Numbered from the stretch's first letter, positions 16,530-25,344 are shown. The stretch: 63,878 nt of DNA from Patescibacteria group bacterium (GCA_040384725.1 JAZKIS010000010.1:1-63878); one strand, 5' to 3'. Program-made: numbers and translations. Notes: generated by a model from the sequence alone, not told the origin.

Positions 16530-19500
16530 ATGAGCGGCCGCTATATCCATCTCCATACCCACAGCCACTACAGCTTCCTCGAGGCTCTGCCGAAGGTTCC
16601 TGAGCTCGTGAAGGCGGCGAAAGATCAGGGTATGGACGCGCTCGGCCTCACGGACGCCGGGAACATGCACGGCGCCGTGGAGTTCTACCAGAAGGCGCAC
16701 AAGGCGGGATTGAAGCCAATCTTCGGCGTCGACGCGTACGTAGCCTCGCGCACCCGGACCGACATGAATGACACGAAGCGCTCGCGCCTCGTACTCCTCG
16801 CCAAAGACAACGCCGGGTACAAGAACCTGATGAAGCTCGTGACGCGCTCCTTCCTCGAGGGCTTCCTCGACAAGCCGCGCATGGACAAGGAGATCCTCCG
16901 CGAGCATGCGGACGGCCTCATCGCCATCATCCCCTCGTTCGCCGGCGACGTCGCGCAGGCGCTCAAGGCGGGAGACCGCAACGGCGCTGCCGCGTCCCTC
17001 GCCGAGTACGTGAGCATCTTCGGCGCGGACAATCTCTATCTCGAGATATCGCATCACCCCAAAGTCGAGGGACACCAAGAGCGCATGGAGAGAATCAAGG
17101 AGCTCGCGGCTTCAAGCGGCGTGCCGCTCGTTGCACAGCATGACGTGTACTACCTCTCTCCGGAGGATCGCGAGGCGACCGAGGTTATGCGTCGTATCGC
17201 GCACGGCAACAAGGGAGATGCCGCACAGGAAGAAGATTTCTCCTTCGTTTCGGAGACTCAGATGCGCGAATGGTTCGCGGACGTGCCTGAGGCAGTAGAC
17301 GCGTCCGGCGAGATCGCGGATCGCTGTACGGTCTCTATGGAGCTCGGGAGCTGGAACTTCCCGGAAGTGATCCTGCCGGAAGGCGTCACGCATGCGGAGG
17401 AGCTACGGAAGAAGACCTACGACGGACTATCGATGCGCGGCATGGAGCGGACCGAAGAGGTCGAGACGCGCATGGAGTACGAGCTCGACGTCATCATCTC
17501 GAAGGGTTTCGCGCCGTACTTCCTCGCCGTGTCCGACCTCCTCACTTTCGCCAAGAGCGCGGGCATCATGTCGACGACGCGCGGGTCCGCGGCAGGCTCC
17601 CTGGTCTCCTACCTGAACGGCATCACGAACGTCGATCCCCTTTTCTATAAATTGCCGTTCGAGCGATTCCTCAACCCGGAACGCCCGAAGGCGCCGGATA
17701 TCGACATGGACTTCGCCGACAACCGTCGCGACGAGATGATCGCGTACGCGCGCCAGAAGTATGGCGAGGACAAGGTGGCGCAGATCGGAACCTTCGGAAC
17801 GCTCATGGCGCGTGCTGCCGTGCGCGACGTATCCCGCGCGCTCGGCCACGCGTACCGCACCGGAGACCGTATCGCGAAATTGATTCCTATGGGAAGCCAG
17901 GGATTCCCGATGACGATAAAGCGAGCGCTCGAGCTCGAGCCGGAACTAAAGCAGCTCTACGAGGAAGACGACGATGTGAAGGAGATCATCGACCTCGCGC
18001 AACGGATCGAGGGCTGCGTACGCCACACCGGCGTGCATGCAGCGGGCGTGGTTATCGCGCCGACTCCCCTCTGGGAATGGACCCCGGTCCAGTTCGACCC
18101 GAAGAATCCGGAGAAGCGCATCACGCAGTTCGACATGCATGCGGTAGAAGATGCAGGACTTCTCAAGTTCGACTTCCTCGGCATCAAGAACCTCGCGATC
18201 CTCTCGGACGCGGTGGAGCGCGTGCGGGTCTCGCGCGACGTATGGATCGATATCGAGAACGTGCCCATCGACGATCCGAAGACGTTCGCCATGCTCGCGC
18301 GCGGCGAGACGGAAGGCACGTTCCAGCTGAACGGCTCCGGCATGACGCGCTACCTGAAGGAGCTTCAGCCGACTACCATCCATGATATCAACGCGATGGT
18401 TGCCTTGTATCGTCCGGGCCCGATGGAAACCATACCGCAGTACATCGAGCGCAAGAAGAACCCGCGCCTCATCTCCTTCCTCGACGAGCGCATGAAGGAC
18501 TACCTCGACATGTCGTACGGGCTCCTCGTGTACCAGGACGACGTGCTCCTCACGGCGATCACCTTAGGCGGGTACTCCTGGCTCGAGGCCGATACCCTCA
18601 GAAAGGCCATGGGAAAGAAGATCCCGGCAGAGATGGAGGCGCAGCGGGAGAAGCTCATGAAAGGTTTCCAGGAATACGGCAAGCTCACGCCCGCGAAGGC
18701 CGCGAAGATCTGGACCCTGATCGAGCCGTTCGCTGCCTACGGATTCAATAAGGCGCACGCCGCGTGCTACGGGAAGGTGGCATACCAGACCGCATACATG
18801 AAAGCGAACTACCCGGTCGAATACATGGCCGCGCTCCTCACTGCTGACGCGGGCGACACCGAGCAGATCGCGATCCTCGTCGCGGAAGCGGATCGACTCA
18901 GCATCCCGGTGCTTCCTCCGGACGTGAACGAATCAGGTGCCGACTTTACCGTTGCCGGCGAGAACAAGGACACCATCCGTTTCGGCCTTACCTCGATCAA
19001 GAACTTCGGCGAGGGAATCTCACAGGCACTCATCAGCGAGCGAGAGAAGAACGGCCCGTACGCGTCCCTCTCCGAGTTCCTCTCTCGCATCGAGTCGAGG
19101 AACCTGAACAAGAAGTCCCTCGAGAGCCTCATCAAGTCCGGTGCGCTCGATGCGCTCGCAGGTACGAACCGCGCGCATCTGCTCGCGCACATCGAGACCA
19201 TGCTCACCTTCCATCGCGAGGCGACGGCAGCCCCGTCGCAGGATTCCCTGTTCGCGTTCGCGGCGCCTACCCTGAGCCTCCCTGCAGCAGTCGGGGAAGG
19301 CTCGCTCTCGGACAAGCTTCTCTGGGAGAAGGAGCTCCTCGGTATCTACGTGTCGGGGCACCCGCTCGATGCGCATACCGACAAGACCGCGAAGGCAGGG
19401 CTTTCGATCGCGGAAATCAAACACGACCCTAAGGCCGGCCTAACGGTTATCCTGCCGGTTCTTGTCGATGAGGTCCGCACGCTCCTTACGAAGAAAGGCG

Positions 19501-19682
19501 AGAAGATGGCGTTCCTGAAGCTCTCTGACAAATCAGACAGCATCGAGGGTGTCATCTTCCCGAAGACCTTCGCAGAGAAGGCAGAGATCGTTGTCCCGGG
19601 CATCTGCCTTCTCGTTAAGGCGAACGTGTCGGGCCGAAACGGCGAGACCTCCCTTTCGATAGAGAACCTGAAGCGGCTGTGA
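16530..19682 (+). CDS. dnaE: DNA polymerase III alpha subunit
   Basis: I moved the start to ATG 16530 (MSGRYIHLHTHSHYSFLEA, the start of the PHP domain). The Pol III alpha core and a C-terminal OB region follow. 1,050 aa. Confidence 0.95.
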   Translation: MSGRYIHLHTHSHYSFLEALPKVPELVKAAKDQGMDALGLTDAGNMHGAVEFYQKAHKAGLKPIFGVDAYVASRTRTDMNDTKRSRLVLLAKDNAGYKNLMKLVTRSFLEGFLDKPRMDKEILREHADGLIAIIPSFAGDVAQALKAGDRNGAAASLAEYVSIFGADNLYLEISHHPKVEGHQERMERIKELAASSGVPLVAQHDVYYLSPEDREATEVMRRIAHGNKGDAAQEEDFSFVSETQMREWFADVPEAVDASGEIADRCTVSMELGSWNFPEVILPEGVTHAEELRKKTYDGLSMRGMERTEEVETRMEYELDVIISKGFAPYFLAVSDLLTFAKSAGIMSTTRGSAAGSLVSYLNGITNVDPLFYKLPFERFLNPERPKAPDIDMDFADNRRDEMIAYARQKYGEDKVAQIGTFGTLMARAAVRDVSRALGHAYRTGDRIAKLIPMGSQGFPMTIKRALELEPELKQLYEEDDDVKEIIDLAQRIEGCVRHTGVHAAGVVIAPTPLWEWTPVQFDPKNPEKRITQFDMHAVEDAGLLKFDFLGIKNLAILSDAVERVRVSRDVWIDIENVPIDDPKTFAMLARGETEGTFQLNGSGMTRYLKELQPTTIHDINAMVALYRPGPMETIPQYIERKKNPRLISFLDERMKDYLDMSYGLLVYQDDVLLTAITLGGYSWLEADTLRKAMGKKIPAEMEAQREKLMKGFQEYGKLTPAKAAKIWTLIEPFAAYGFNKAHAACYGKVAYQTAYMKANYPVEYMAALLTADAGDTEQIAILVAEADRLSIPVLPPDVNESGADFTVAGENKDTIRFGLTSIKNFGEGISQALISEREKNGPYASLSEFLSRIESRNLNKKSLESLIKSGALDALAGTNRAHLLAHIETMLTFHREATAAPSQDSLFAFAAPTLSLPAAVGEGSLSDKLLWEKELLGIYVSGHPLDAHTDKTAKAGLSIAEIKHDPKAGLTVILPVLVDEVRTLLTKKGEKMAFLKLSDKSDSIEGVIFPKTFAEKAEIVVPGICLLVKANVSGRNGETSLSIENLKRL

Positions 19683-19711
19683 TATAAGAATCGAGGAAAG
19701 GAGGGCGCCTC

Positions 19712-19894
19712 ATGCCCAAAGAACAGAATCCTGAGACTTCCACAGGCAGGCTCATCCAGAAGCTGCGGGAAGGCCCCAATGTCGAACCGATTCTTATCGC
19801 CATTCTCGACGATATCGACAGCCGCCTTGCTTCCCTCGAAGCTGGCAGCAGGCGCCTTCGCCAGCGCACGGTCGGACAGATGAGAGTTGGCTGA
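19712..19894 (+). CDS. Small 60-aa protein, unknown function
   Basis: GGAGG lies 7 nt upstream of the ATG. A strong terminator hairpin follows 19 nt after the stop. Confidence 0.45.
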   Translation: MPKEQNPETSTGRLIQKLREGPNVEPILIAILDDIDSRLASLEAGSRRLRQRTVGQMRVG

Positions 19895-19912
19895 ACGATC
19901 AGCGAAGAATCG

Positions 19913-19940
19913 AAACGGCGGCTCCCCGGAGCCGCCGTTT
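19913..19940 (+). terminator. Rho-independent terminator
   Basis: AAACGGCGGCTC, CCCG loop, GAGCCGCCGTTT, then CCCTTATATAT. Confidence 0.65.
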
Positions 19941-19968
19941 CCCTTATATATGCTATCCTCGTACGCAT

Positions 19969-21708
19969 ATGGCATCCCTCGAAGATAAGCGTCACACCCT
20001 CGCCCATTTACTCGCCGCTAGCGTGCTTGAGCTCTATCCGGACGCGAAGCGCACCATCGGACCGGCCATAGACGACGGCTTCTATTTCGACTTCGAGTTC
20101 CCTACCCGCAAGCCAACCGAAAGCGACCTCGAGCGCATCGGGGAGACCATGCGGGACATCCTCCCTACCTGGACCGAGTTCACGCGCTCGGAACTCTCTG
20201 CTGAAGACGCGAAGGCTGAGTACAAGGACAATCCCTACAAGCAGGAGCTGATCGACGAGTTCACGAAGGACGGGCAGAAGGTCTCCTTCTACAAATCAGG
20301 AACGTACTCAGACCTCTGTCGCGGCGGGCATAGCGACAACCCGGCGCAGGATATCGCCCCTGACTCGTTCGTGCTCTCCCGTATCGCGGGCGCGTACTGG
20401 CGCGGGAGCGAAGAGAACACGATGCTCACGCGCATCTACGGTCTCGCGTTCGAGACCAAGGAAGCGCTCGATGCTCATCTCGCTATGCTCGAGGAAGCGA
20501 AGAAGCGCGACCATCGCGAGATCGGCGAGCGTCTCGACCTCTTCCATTTCGACGAATCGATCGGCAAGGGTCTCCCTATCTGGCTCCCGAAGGGCAACAT
20601 CATTAAAGAGGAGCTCGAGGCGTGGGCGAAGGAGACCGAGCGCCAGTGGGACTACGAGCGCGTGACGACGCCGATCATAACGAAGGAGGATCTCTTCTAT
20701 ACGTCCGGTCACCTGCCCCTCTACAAGGACAGCATGTACGCGCCGATCCAGATCGAGGACGCGAACTACTACATAAAGCCGATGAACTGCCCGTTCCATC
20801 ACCGCGCATTCGCGGCGCGTCCGAAGAGCTACCGCGACCTCCCGGTCCGCTACGCCGAGTACGGCTGGTGCCATCGATATGAGGATTCGGGCAGCCTGTT
20901 CGGCCTCATGCGCGTCCGCGGCATGCAGATGAACGATGCGCATATCTACATCCAGAAAGAAGAGGCGGTAGAGGAATTCGTCCGCGTGATCAAGCTCCAC
21001 GAGTACTACTACAAGGCGCTCGGCATTGAGAACTACGAGATGGAGCTCGCGCTTCGCGACCCCGCCAAGATGGACAAGTACCATGGCGACGAAGAGGACT
21101 GGATCGATGCGGAACGCATGACGATCGAAGCTATGGAGAAATCCGGCGTACCCTTCAAGGTAGTAAACGAGGGCGCTGCCTTCTACGGCCCGAAGATGGA
21201 CTTCCAGATCTACTCCTCGATCGGCAGGTCCTTCACCGCATCGACCAACCAGCTCGACCTCTTCATGGGCAAGCGCTTCGGCCTCGAGTACACCGACAAG
21301 GACGGCTCGAAGAAGACGCCCGCGATCATCCATCGCGCGCCGCTCGGCACCCATGAGCGCTTCATCGGCTTCCTGATCGAGCACTTCGCAGGCGCCTTCC
21401 CTCTCTGGCTCTCGCCGGTGCAGGTCCGTGTCCTGCCGGTCTCTGAGAAGCATGCGGACTATGCCGCTTCGGTCCGTACCGCGCTCAAGGACGCAGGAGT
21501 CCGTGCCGAGGTTGATGCGAACGAATCGCTCGGCAAGCGCATCCGCGCCGCGAAGCAGGAGAAGCTTCCCTACGTCCTCGTTGTCGGCGACAAGGAAGTC
21601 GAGTCGAACGAGGTCTCCGTCGAGAGCCGCGATCGAGGACAGGAGGGGGCGGCACCACTTCCTGCATTCGTAGAGCGCGTCACGACCGAGATCAAGGATC
21701 GCATGTAG
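19969..21708 (+). CDS. thrS: Threonyl-tRNA synthetase lacking the N-terminal TGS domain
   Basis: The protein begins at the editing (N2) domain (HTLAHLL ... DLCRGGH). Class II core motifs are present (MNCPFHH, HRAPLGTHERFIGFLIEH), followed by the anticodon-binding domain. 579 aa. Confidence 0.95.
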   Translation: MASLEDKRHTLAHLLAASVLELYPDAKRTIGPAIDDGFYFDFEFPTRKPTESDLERIGETMRDILPTWTEFTRSELSAEDAKAEYKDNPYKQELIDEFTKDGQKVSFYKSGTYSDLCRGGHSDNPAQDIAPDSFVLSRIAGAYWRGSEENTMLTRIYGLAFETKEALDAHLAMLEEAKKRDHREIGERLDLFHFDESIGKGLPIWLPKGNIIKEELEAWAKETERQWDYERVTTPIITKEDLFYTSGHLPLYKDSMYAPIQIEDANYYIKPMNCPFHHRAFAARPKSYRDLPVRYAEYGWCHRYEDSGSLFGLMRVRGMQMNDAHIYIQKEEAVEEFVRVIKLHEYYYKALGIENYEMELALRDPAKMDKYHGDEEDWIDAERMTIEAMEKSGVPFKVVNEGAAFYGPKMDFQIYSSIGRSFTASTNQLDLFMGKRFGLEYTDKDGSKKTPAIIHRAPLGTHERFIGFLIEHFAGAFPLWLSPVQVRVLPVSEKHADYAASVRTALKDAGVRAEVDANESLGKRIRAAKQEKLPYVLVVGDKEVESNEVSVESRDRGQEGAAPLPAFVERVTTEIKDRM

Positions 21709-21726
21709 CGATATAGGCACGTGGAA

Positions 21727-21750
21727 AGGCGCCGATACTATTCGGCGCCT
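21727..21750 (+). terminator. Terminator hairpin after thrS
   Basis: AGGCGCCGA, TACTAT loop, TCGGCGCCT. Confidence 0.55.
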
Positions 21751-21768
21751 AACTACGATTTGGGTGGC

Positions 21769-21891
21769 TTACGACCCGAACAGCCTTGCGGCAGGCGGGA
21801 AATACACCATACCCATCATGACGACTGCCGTGACAGTCCCCAAAACAAGGATGTAGCCGGATCCGTTCAGGCATTGAGGAATTCTAAGCAT
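21769..21891 (-). CDS. Possible 40-aa hydrophobic micro-protein
   Basis: Hand-translated as MLRIPQCLNGSGYILVLGTVTAVVMMGMVYFPPAARLFGS. AAGGGA lies ~8 nt upstream. It is below the size cut-off of the ORF track. Confidence 0.25.
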   Translation of the reverse strand: MLRIPQCLNGSGYILVLGTVTAVVMMGMVYFPPAARLFGS

Positions 21892-21990
21892 ACTGAGATC
21901 CCTTCGTTCTTGATCCAGCAAGGAACAGCCCTTACCTACTACTCATTCTACGCCTACCCTGCCCAGAGATCGGGACTGAGGTGCATAACG

Positions 21991-22019
21991 AAAAGACCCC
22001 AGCAGTGCCGGGGTCTTTT
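21991..22019 (-). terminator. Terminator after the polyproline surface-protein gene
   Basis: AAAAGACCCC, 9-nt loop, GGGGTCTTTT. The A/T runs on both flanks make it bidirectional. Confidence 0.65.
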
Positions 22020-22035
22020 CTTGTGTCTAGGGAGC

Positions 22036-24003
22036 TTATCCTGCGACCACGCCGAGGGCGCGCGTAAGCGCCATCTTCACGCCGGTCATGCCAGCTGAGT
22101 AGCTGCCATCGACCGCGGTCGTGAGCGAGGTAACGAGGCGCTCCAGGTAGGATGGGTGGCATCCGTTCGTGAGCTCCGCGATGTCAGGATGGCAGGTGGT
22201 GCCATCGATGCAGGCGCGGTACGCATCATCAAGCGCGCAGGCTGCGTTCGAGACGAATGCTTCAGTGTCCTCGCCCTGGCGTGCCATGGAGCGAATCATG
22301 CCGAAGACGGTATCGCGGTCTCCGTTGAGGAGCGCGGCGATGAAGTCACGGACGTCTGCGTTCATCGGAGCGGCCACAGGGGCTGCTGCCGGAACGTAGC
22401 GCGCTGGCGCTGCCGGAGCTTCCTCGCGGACAGACTGCATAACCTCCTCACGAATCGGTGCAGGGGCTGGTGCCTCAGGCACGTGCTTCTGCTCGATCTC
22501 GCGAGAGAGTCCCTTAACAATGTCGTCTATGGTGAGGCCTTCGCCTGCTGCGAACGAACGGAATCCGTCATGCGCGCTGTAGCCGGTAGGCTTTGCAGGG
22601 GCTGCCGGTGCCGCGTGCGCGCTGTGCGCTGCTGCATGAGCGACAGGCTCGCTATGTCCGTGACCGGTAGGTGCCGGCGGCTCGCTGTTGAGCGCCTGCT
22701 TCACGTTGCCGCCGAAGCGCTTGGCGCGTCCGAAGGCGAACGGGACAGCATTGAAGAGGACGAGGTACGCGAGTGCTGCGCTCCAGCCGACAAGCATGAT
22801 CCAGTAGATCGCGGTTCCCGCAGGACCGAGCTCGAGACCCGTATACGGGACCTCAGAGAGGTACACGAACGAAAGAGGCTCTTCGAGCGGCTGGGTGAAC
22901 GAGTCGAGGACGACACGTGGCGTGCGGCGACCGCCGCCTCCGCCTCCTCCACCTCCACAGTTAGAGGTACAGGTTGGCGATTCGATAACGACCGTAACCT
23001 GACAGTTGCCGTTCGATGGCGCTCCTGGAACGGTTGCGGTGTAGGTCGTGTCCGAAGTCGGATTGACGACGGTTGAGCCGCTCGAAACCGGCGTTACGGA
23101 GCCGACGCCATTATCAATGATGATGGATGCGGCATTTGACGTAACCCACGAGAGCGTTACCGCGTCTCCAGAGCGAATACGTGTCTTGTCTGCCGTGAGG
23201 CTGACACACATAGGTCCCTGCTGGATCGGCGTGACCGTGACCGTCGTCTGACAGTTAACGGAACCTGTTGCTCCCGTAACGGTCGCTATGTAGGTCGTCG
23301 TCTGGGTCGGATTCACGATACGTGATCCTTCGGCGGTCGGCGTAACGATGCCGATGCCGTTATCGATCGAGATCGAGGTTGCGTTCAGGGTCTTCCATGC
23401 AAGGTTAACCGGGTCACCAGCATTGATGACGCTCGGGGTACCCGTGAGGAACACACACTGTGCAGGAACCTGGGTCGTTGTGACGACCACGGCAGCCTGA
23501 CAGTTAACGGAACCCGTTGCACCGGTAACGGTAGCGGTGTAGGTCGTGTTCGTCGTCGGATTAACAACCACAGAACCAGCCTCAACAGGCGTTACAGAGC
23601 CAACACCGTTATCGATCAAGATCGAGGTAGCGTTGCGGGTCTGCCACGCGAGGGTAACCGCCTGGCCAGGCGTTATGGTGCCGGGAGTTGCAGTAAGGAA
23701 TACACACTCAGCGCTCGGCTCCTCAGTTGGAGGAGGGGGCGGAGGAGGTGGAAGAGGAGGGGGTGGTGGTGGTGGAGGGGGCGGTGGTGGTGGCGGAGGG
23801 GGCGGTGGTGGTGGCGGAGGGGGCGGTGGTGGTGGTGGTGAGCAGCACGGAGGAAGCACCTGAGCCATGATCCGGTCAGGTGAGGTCATTCCAGTCGCAA
23901 CCGCGAGCGCCATACCGACCGAGAGGGTCGCAAGCACGGCGAAAAGGCCCACGGCGATCGGGCGCGACTTCACGTAGCTGATCTGCTTGTTGATTGATTC
24001 CAT
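22036..24003 (-). CDS. Surface protein with a multi-part architecture including an internal sortase-like signal
   Basis: 655 aa. Order of parts: N-terminal TM anchor (IAVGLFAVLATLSVGMALAVATG); polyproline stalk (28 Pro + Leu + 8 Pro); three Ig-like repeats (C(V)FLT...TL(A/S)W.T.NA(T/A)SI.IDNG.G.VTP...TTY.ATV.GA...NCQ); a Gly9 run; LSEVPYTG followed by a hydrophobic helix and GRAKRF; then a ~260-aa His/Ala/Pro-rich tail. Confidence 0.85.
   Translation of the reverse strand: MESINKQISYVKSRPIAVGLFAVLATLSVGMALAVATGMTSPDRIMAQVLPPCCSPPPPPPPPPPPPPPPPPPPPPPPPPPPPLPPPPPPPPTEEPSAECVFLTATPGTITPGQAVTLAWQTRNATSILIDNGVGSVTPVEAGSVVVNPTTNTTYTATVTGATGSVNCQAAVVVTTTQVPAQCVFLTGTPSVINAGDPVNLAWKTLNATSISIDNGIGIVTPTAEGSRIVNPTQTTTYIATVTGATGSVNCQTTVTVTPIQQGPMCVSLTADKTRIRSGDAVTLSWVTSNAASIIIDNGVGSVTPVSSGSTVVNPTSDTTYTATVPGAPSNGNCQVTVVIESPTCTSNCGGGGGGGGGRRTPRVVLDSFTQPLEEPLSFVYLSEVPYTGLELGPAGTAIYWIMLVGWSAALAYLVLFNAVPFAFGRAKRFGGNVKQALNSEPPAPTGHGHSEPVAHAAAHSAHAAPAAPAKPTGYSAHDGFRSFAAGEGLTIDDIVKGLSREIEQKHVPEAPAPAPIREEVMQSVREEAPAAPARYVPAAAPVAAPMNADVRDFIAALLNGDRDTVFGMIRSMARQGEDTEAFVSNAACALDDAYRACIDGTTCHPDIAELTNGCHPSYLERLVTSLTTAVDGSYSAGMTGVKMALTRALGVVAG
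23728..23838 (-). repeat. Imperfect 18-nt tandem GGN/CCN array encoding the polyproline tract
   Basis: Plus strand: ...GGAGGGGGCGGTGGTGGTGGC GGAGGGGGCGGTGGTGGTGGC GGAGGGGGCGGTGGTGGTGGTGGT... This gives 37 consecutive CCN/CTT codons on the coding strand. Confidence 0.9.
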
Positions 24004-24009
24004 AGCTAA

Positions 24010-24038
24010 TATATAACACGTTTAATAATCCTTGTCAA
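24010..24038 (-). promoter_or_regulatory. Near-consensus promoter abutting the start codon (leaderless candidate)
   Basis: Minus strand: TTGACA (24038-24033), 17 nt, TATATA (24015-24010), 6 nt, ATG (24003). Confidence 0.55.
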
Positions 24039-24121
24039 ATAGACTCCTCTGCCACAAAGTGGCGTACAAAAAATAGGGGAGGTTTCGGGTGGGCGCTGTT
24101 TAGGCGACCCACCCGCTACCC

Positions 24122-25243
24122 TTAGCGAGACGTCGCGAGACCGAGCATCTGGCGTTCTGCCTGCCTGTCGGCTGCCCAGAACGCGAGGCCCTTCGGACCG
24201 CTCAGCGAGTGACCGTCGCTCACGGCTTCGTCGGACCTGTAGTAGCCCCGAGCATGCCATTCACGACCGACCAGCTGATAGTCCTGCTGCCACCGGAAGC
24301 CGGCGGCGAAGGAGCTCTCGACCTGACCCTGCTCGGTCCTGTACTTGAGGCACAGGACCAGCAGCTCGTCCGGAGACAAGCGGATCTGGTAGCGACCAGG
24401 CGAGTCGAGCGGGATTGCCCCGTCCGCCACCTGTTCCCTGCCGAGCGCGCGATTCACGTCAGTGAGATCGCACGGCCGGCCGATGCAGTTGTCCGGGATC
24501 ACCTGCCAGCGCGCGTTCGGCGAATCGGGCTCGTAGAGCCGCGACACACGTCGATACGCGAAGCAGGGGTCCGTCTCTTCCTCGTAGCGCGCCCAGACGA
24601 CGGCGAATTCCCGCGGGTTGCGGACTTCGATATCGACATAGACGCAGACGATGTCGATACGCTCACCCACCGGGTTCGTGCACTTTCCCGCGAGCACAGG
24701 CCGGCCCGTTGCCGGGTTGACCCATGCGCACTCGCCGTCTTCGAAGGACCGGGTCATGCCGTTCAGGTCGGTCTGGCCGAGGCCAGGACCGCGAACGATG
24801 ATGCGGTCCATCTGGAACACGCCGTCGAGATCGCAGTTGAGGGCCAGCGTCCGGAGTTTCTCTGCGAGATTCTCCAGGGTCCAGCCGCCGTGCGGATCCT
24901 TGTCCTGGAAGCTTTCCAGGTAGTTGATCGCCGCGGCGCAGGAGCCGTCAGCGAGGCACTTGGCCTCGTTGATCTTGGACCTGCCAGTGGGATCGGTCAG
25001 GAGCGCGCGGTCGATGAGATCCGCGAGCTGCCTGGGGTTGTCCAGGCCGTAGTAGTAGCCGGTGTACCGGACCTGCGGCACGAGGGCCGGAGGTTCGATG
25101 ACAGCAGCGACTGCGGCCTCGAGCTCGGTGGTGGCCACGGCTTCGACCAGAATTTCTTCCGGCAGTTCCGTGGTGGTTGCGTTCGCCGCCGTCGCGCACC
25201 CGAGAACGAGCAGCGCGGCGGAGGACATGAGAACGGTTCTCAT
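24122..25243 (-). CDS. Cys-rich secreted protein, probable lipoprotein
   Basis: MRTVLMSSAALLVLG|CATA is a lipobox-like signal. The protein has 11 Cys. The 361-aa plus-strand ORF 24209..25294 is R/A/V/G-rich antisense noise. Confidence 0.75.
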   Translation of the reverse strand: MRTVLMSSAALLVLGCATAANATTTELPEEILVEAVATTELEAAVAAVIEPPALVPQVRYTGYYYGLDNPRQLADLIDRALLTDPTGRSKINEAKCLADGSCAAAINYLESFQDKDPHGGWTLENLAEKLRTLALNCDLDGVFQMDRIIVRGPGLGQTDLNGMTRSFEDGECAWVNPATGRPVLAGKCTNPVGERIDIVCVYVDIEVRNPREFAVVWARYEEETDPCFAYRRVSRLYEPDSPNARWQVIPDNCIGRPCDLTDVNRALGREQVADGAIPLDSPGRYQIRLSPDELLVLCLKYRTEQGQVESSFAAGFRWQQDYQLVGREWHARGYYRSDEAVSDGHSLSGPKGLAFWAADRQAERQMLGLATSR

Positions 25244-25344
25244 GGGTATCTATCTCCCCTATTGCGCCGCCCCGTAGGGGGCGACTGTGATTGAAGGAAC
25301 AGGTGGCCTAGCCTGTCATTGCAGCGACCTATCCGACAGCGAAG

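Noticed and set aside
20308-21720. 470-aa minus-strand ORF
   Set aside because: It is antisense to thrS, whose class II synthetase motifs are unambiguous. This is a GC3-driven open frame.
21721-22098. 125-aa plus-strand ORF after thrS
   Set aside because: It starts inside the thrS terminator hairpin, crosses a second terminator and runs into the convergent surface-protein gene. Its translation is not protein-like.
24209-25294. 361-aa plus-strand ORF overlapping the lipoprotein gene
   Set aside because: Its R/A/V/G-rich composition is typical of antisense frames. The minus-strand product has a signal peptide with a lipobox and a protein-like composition.
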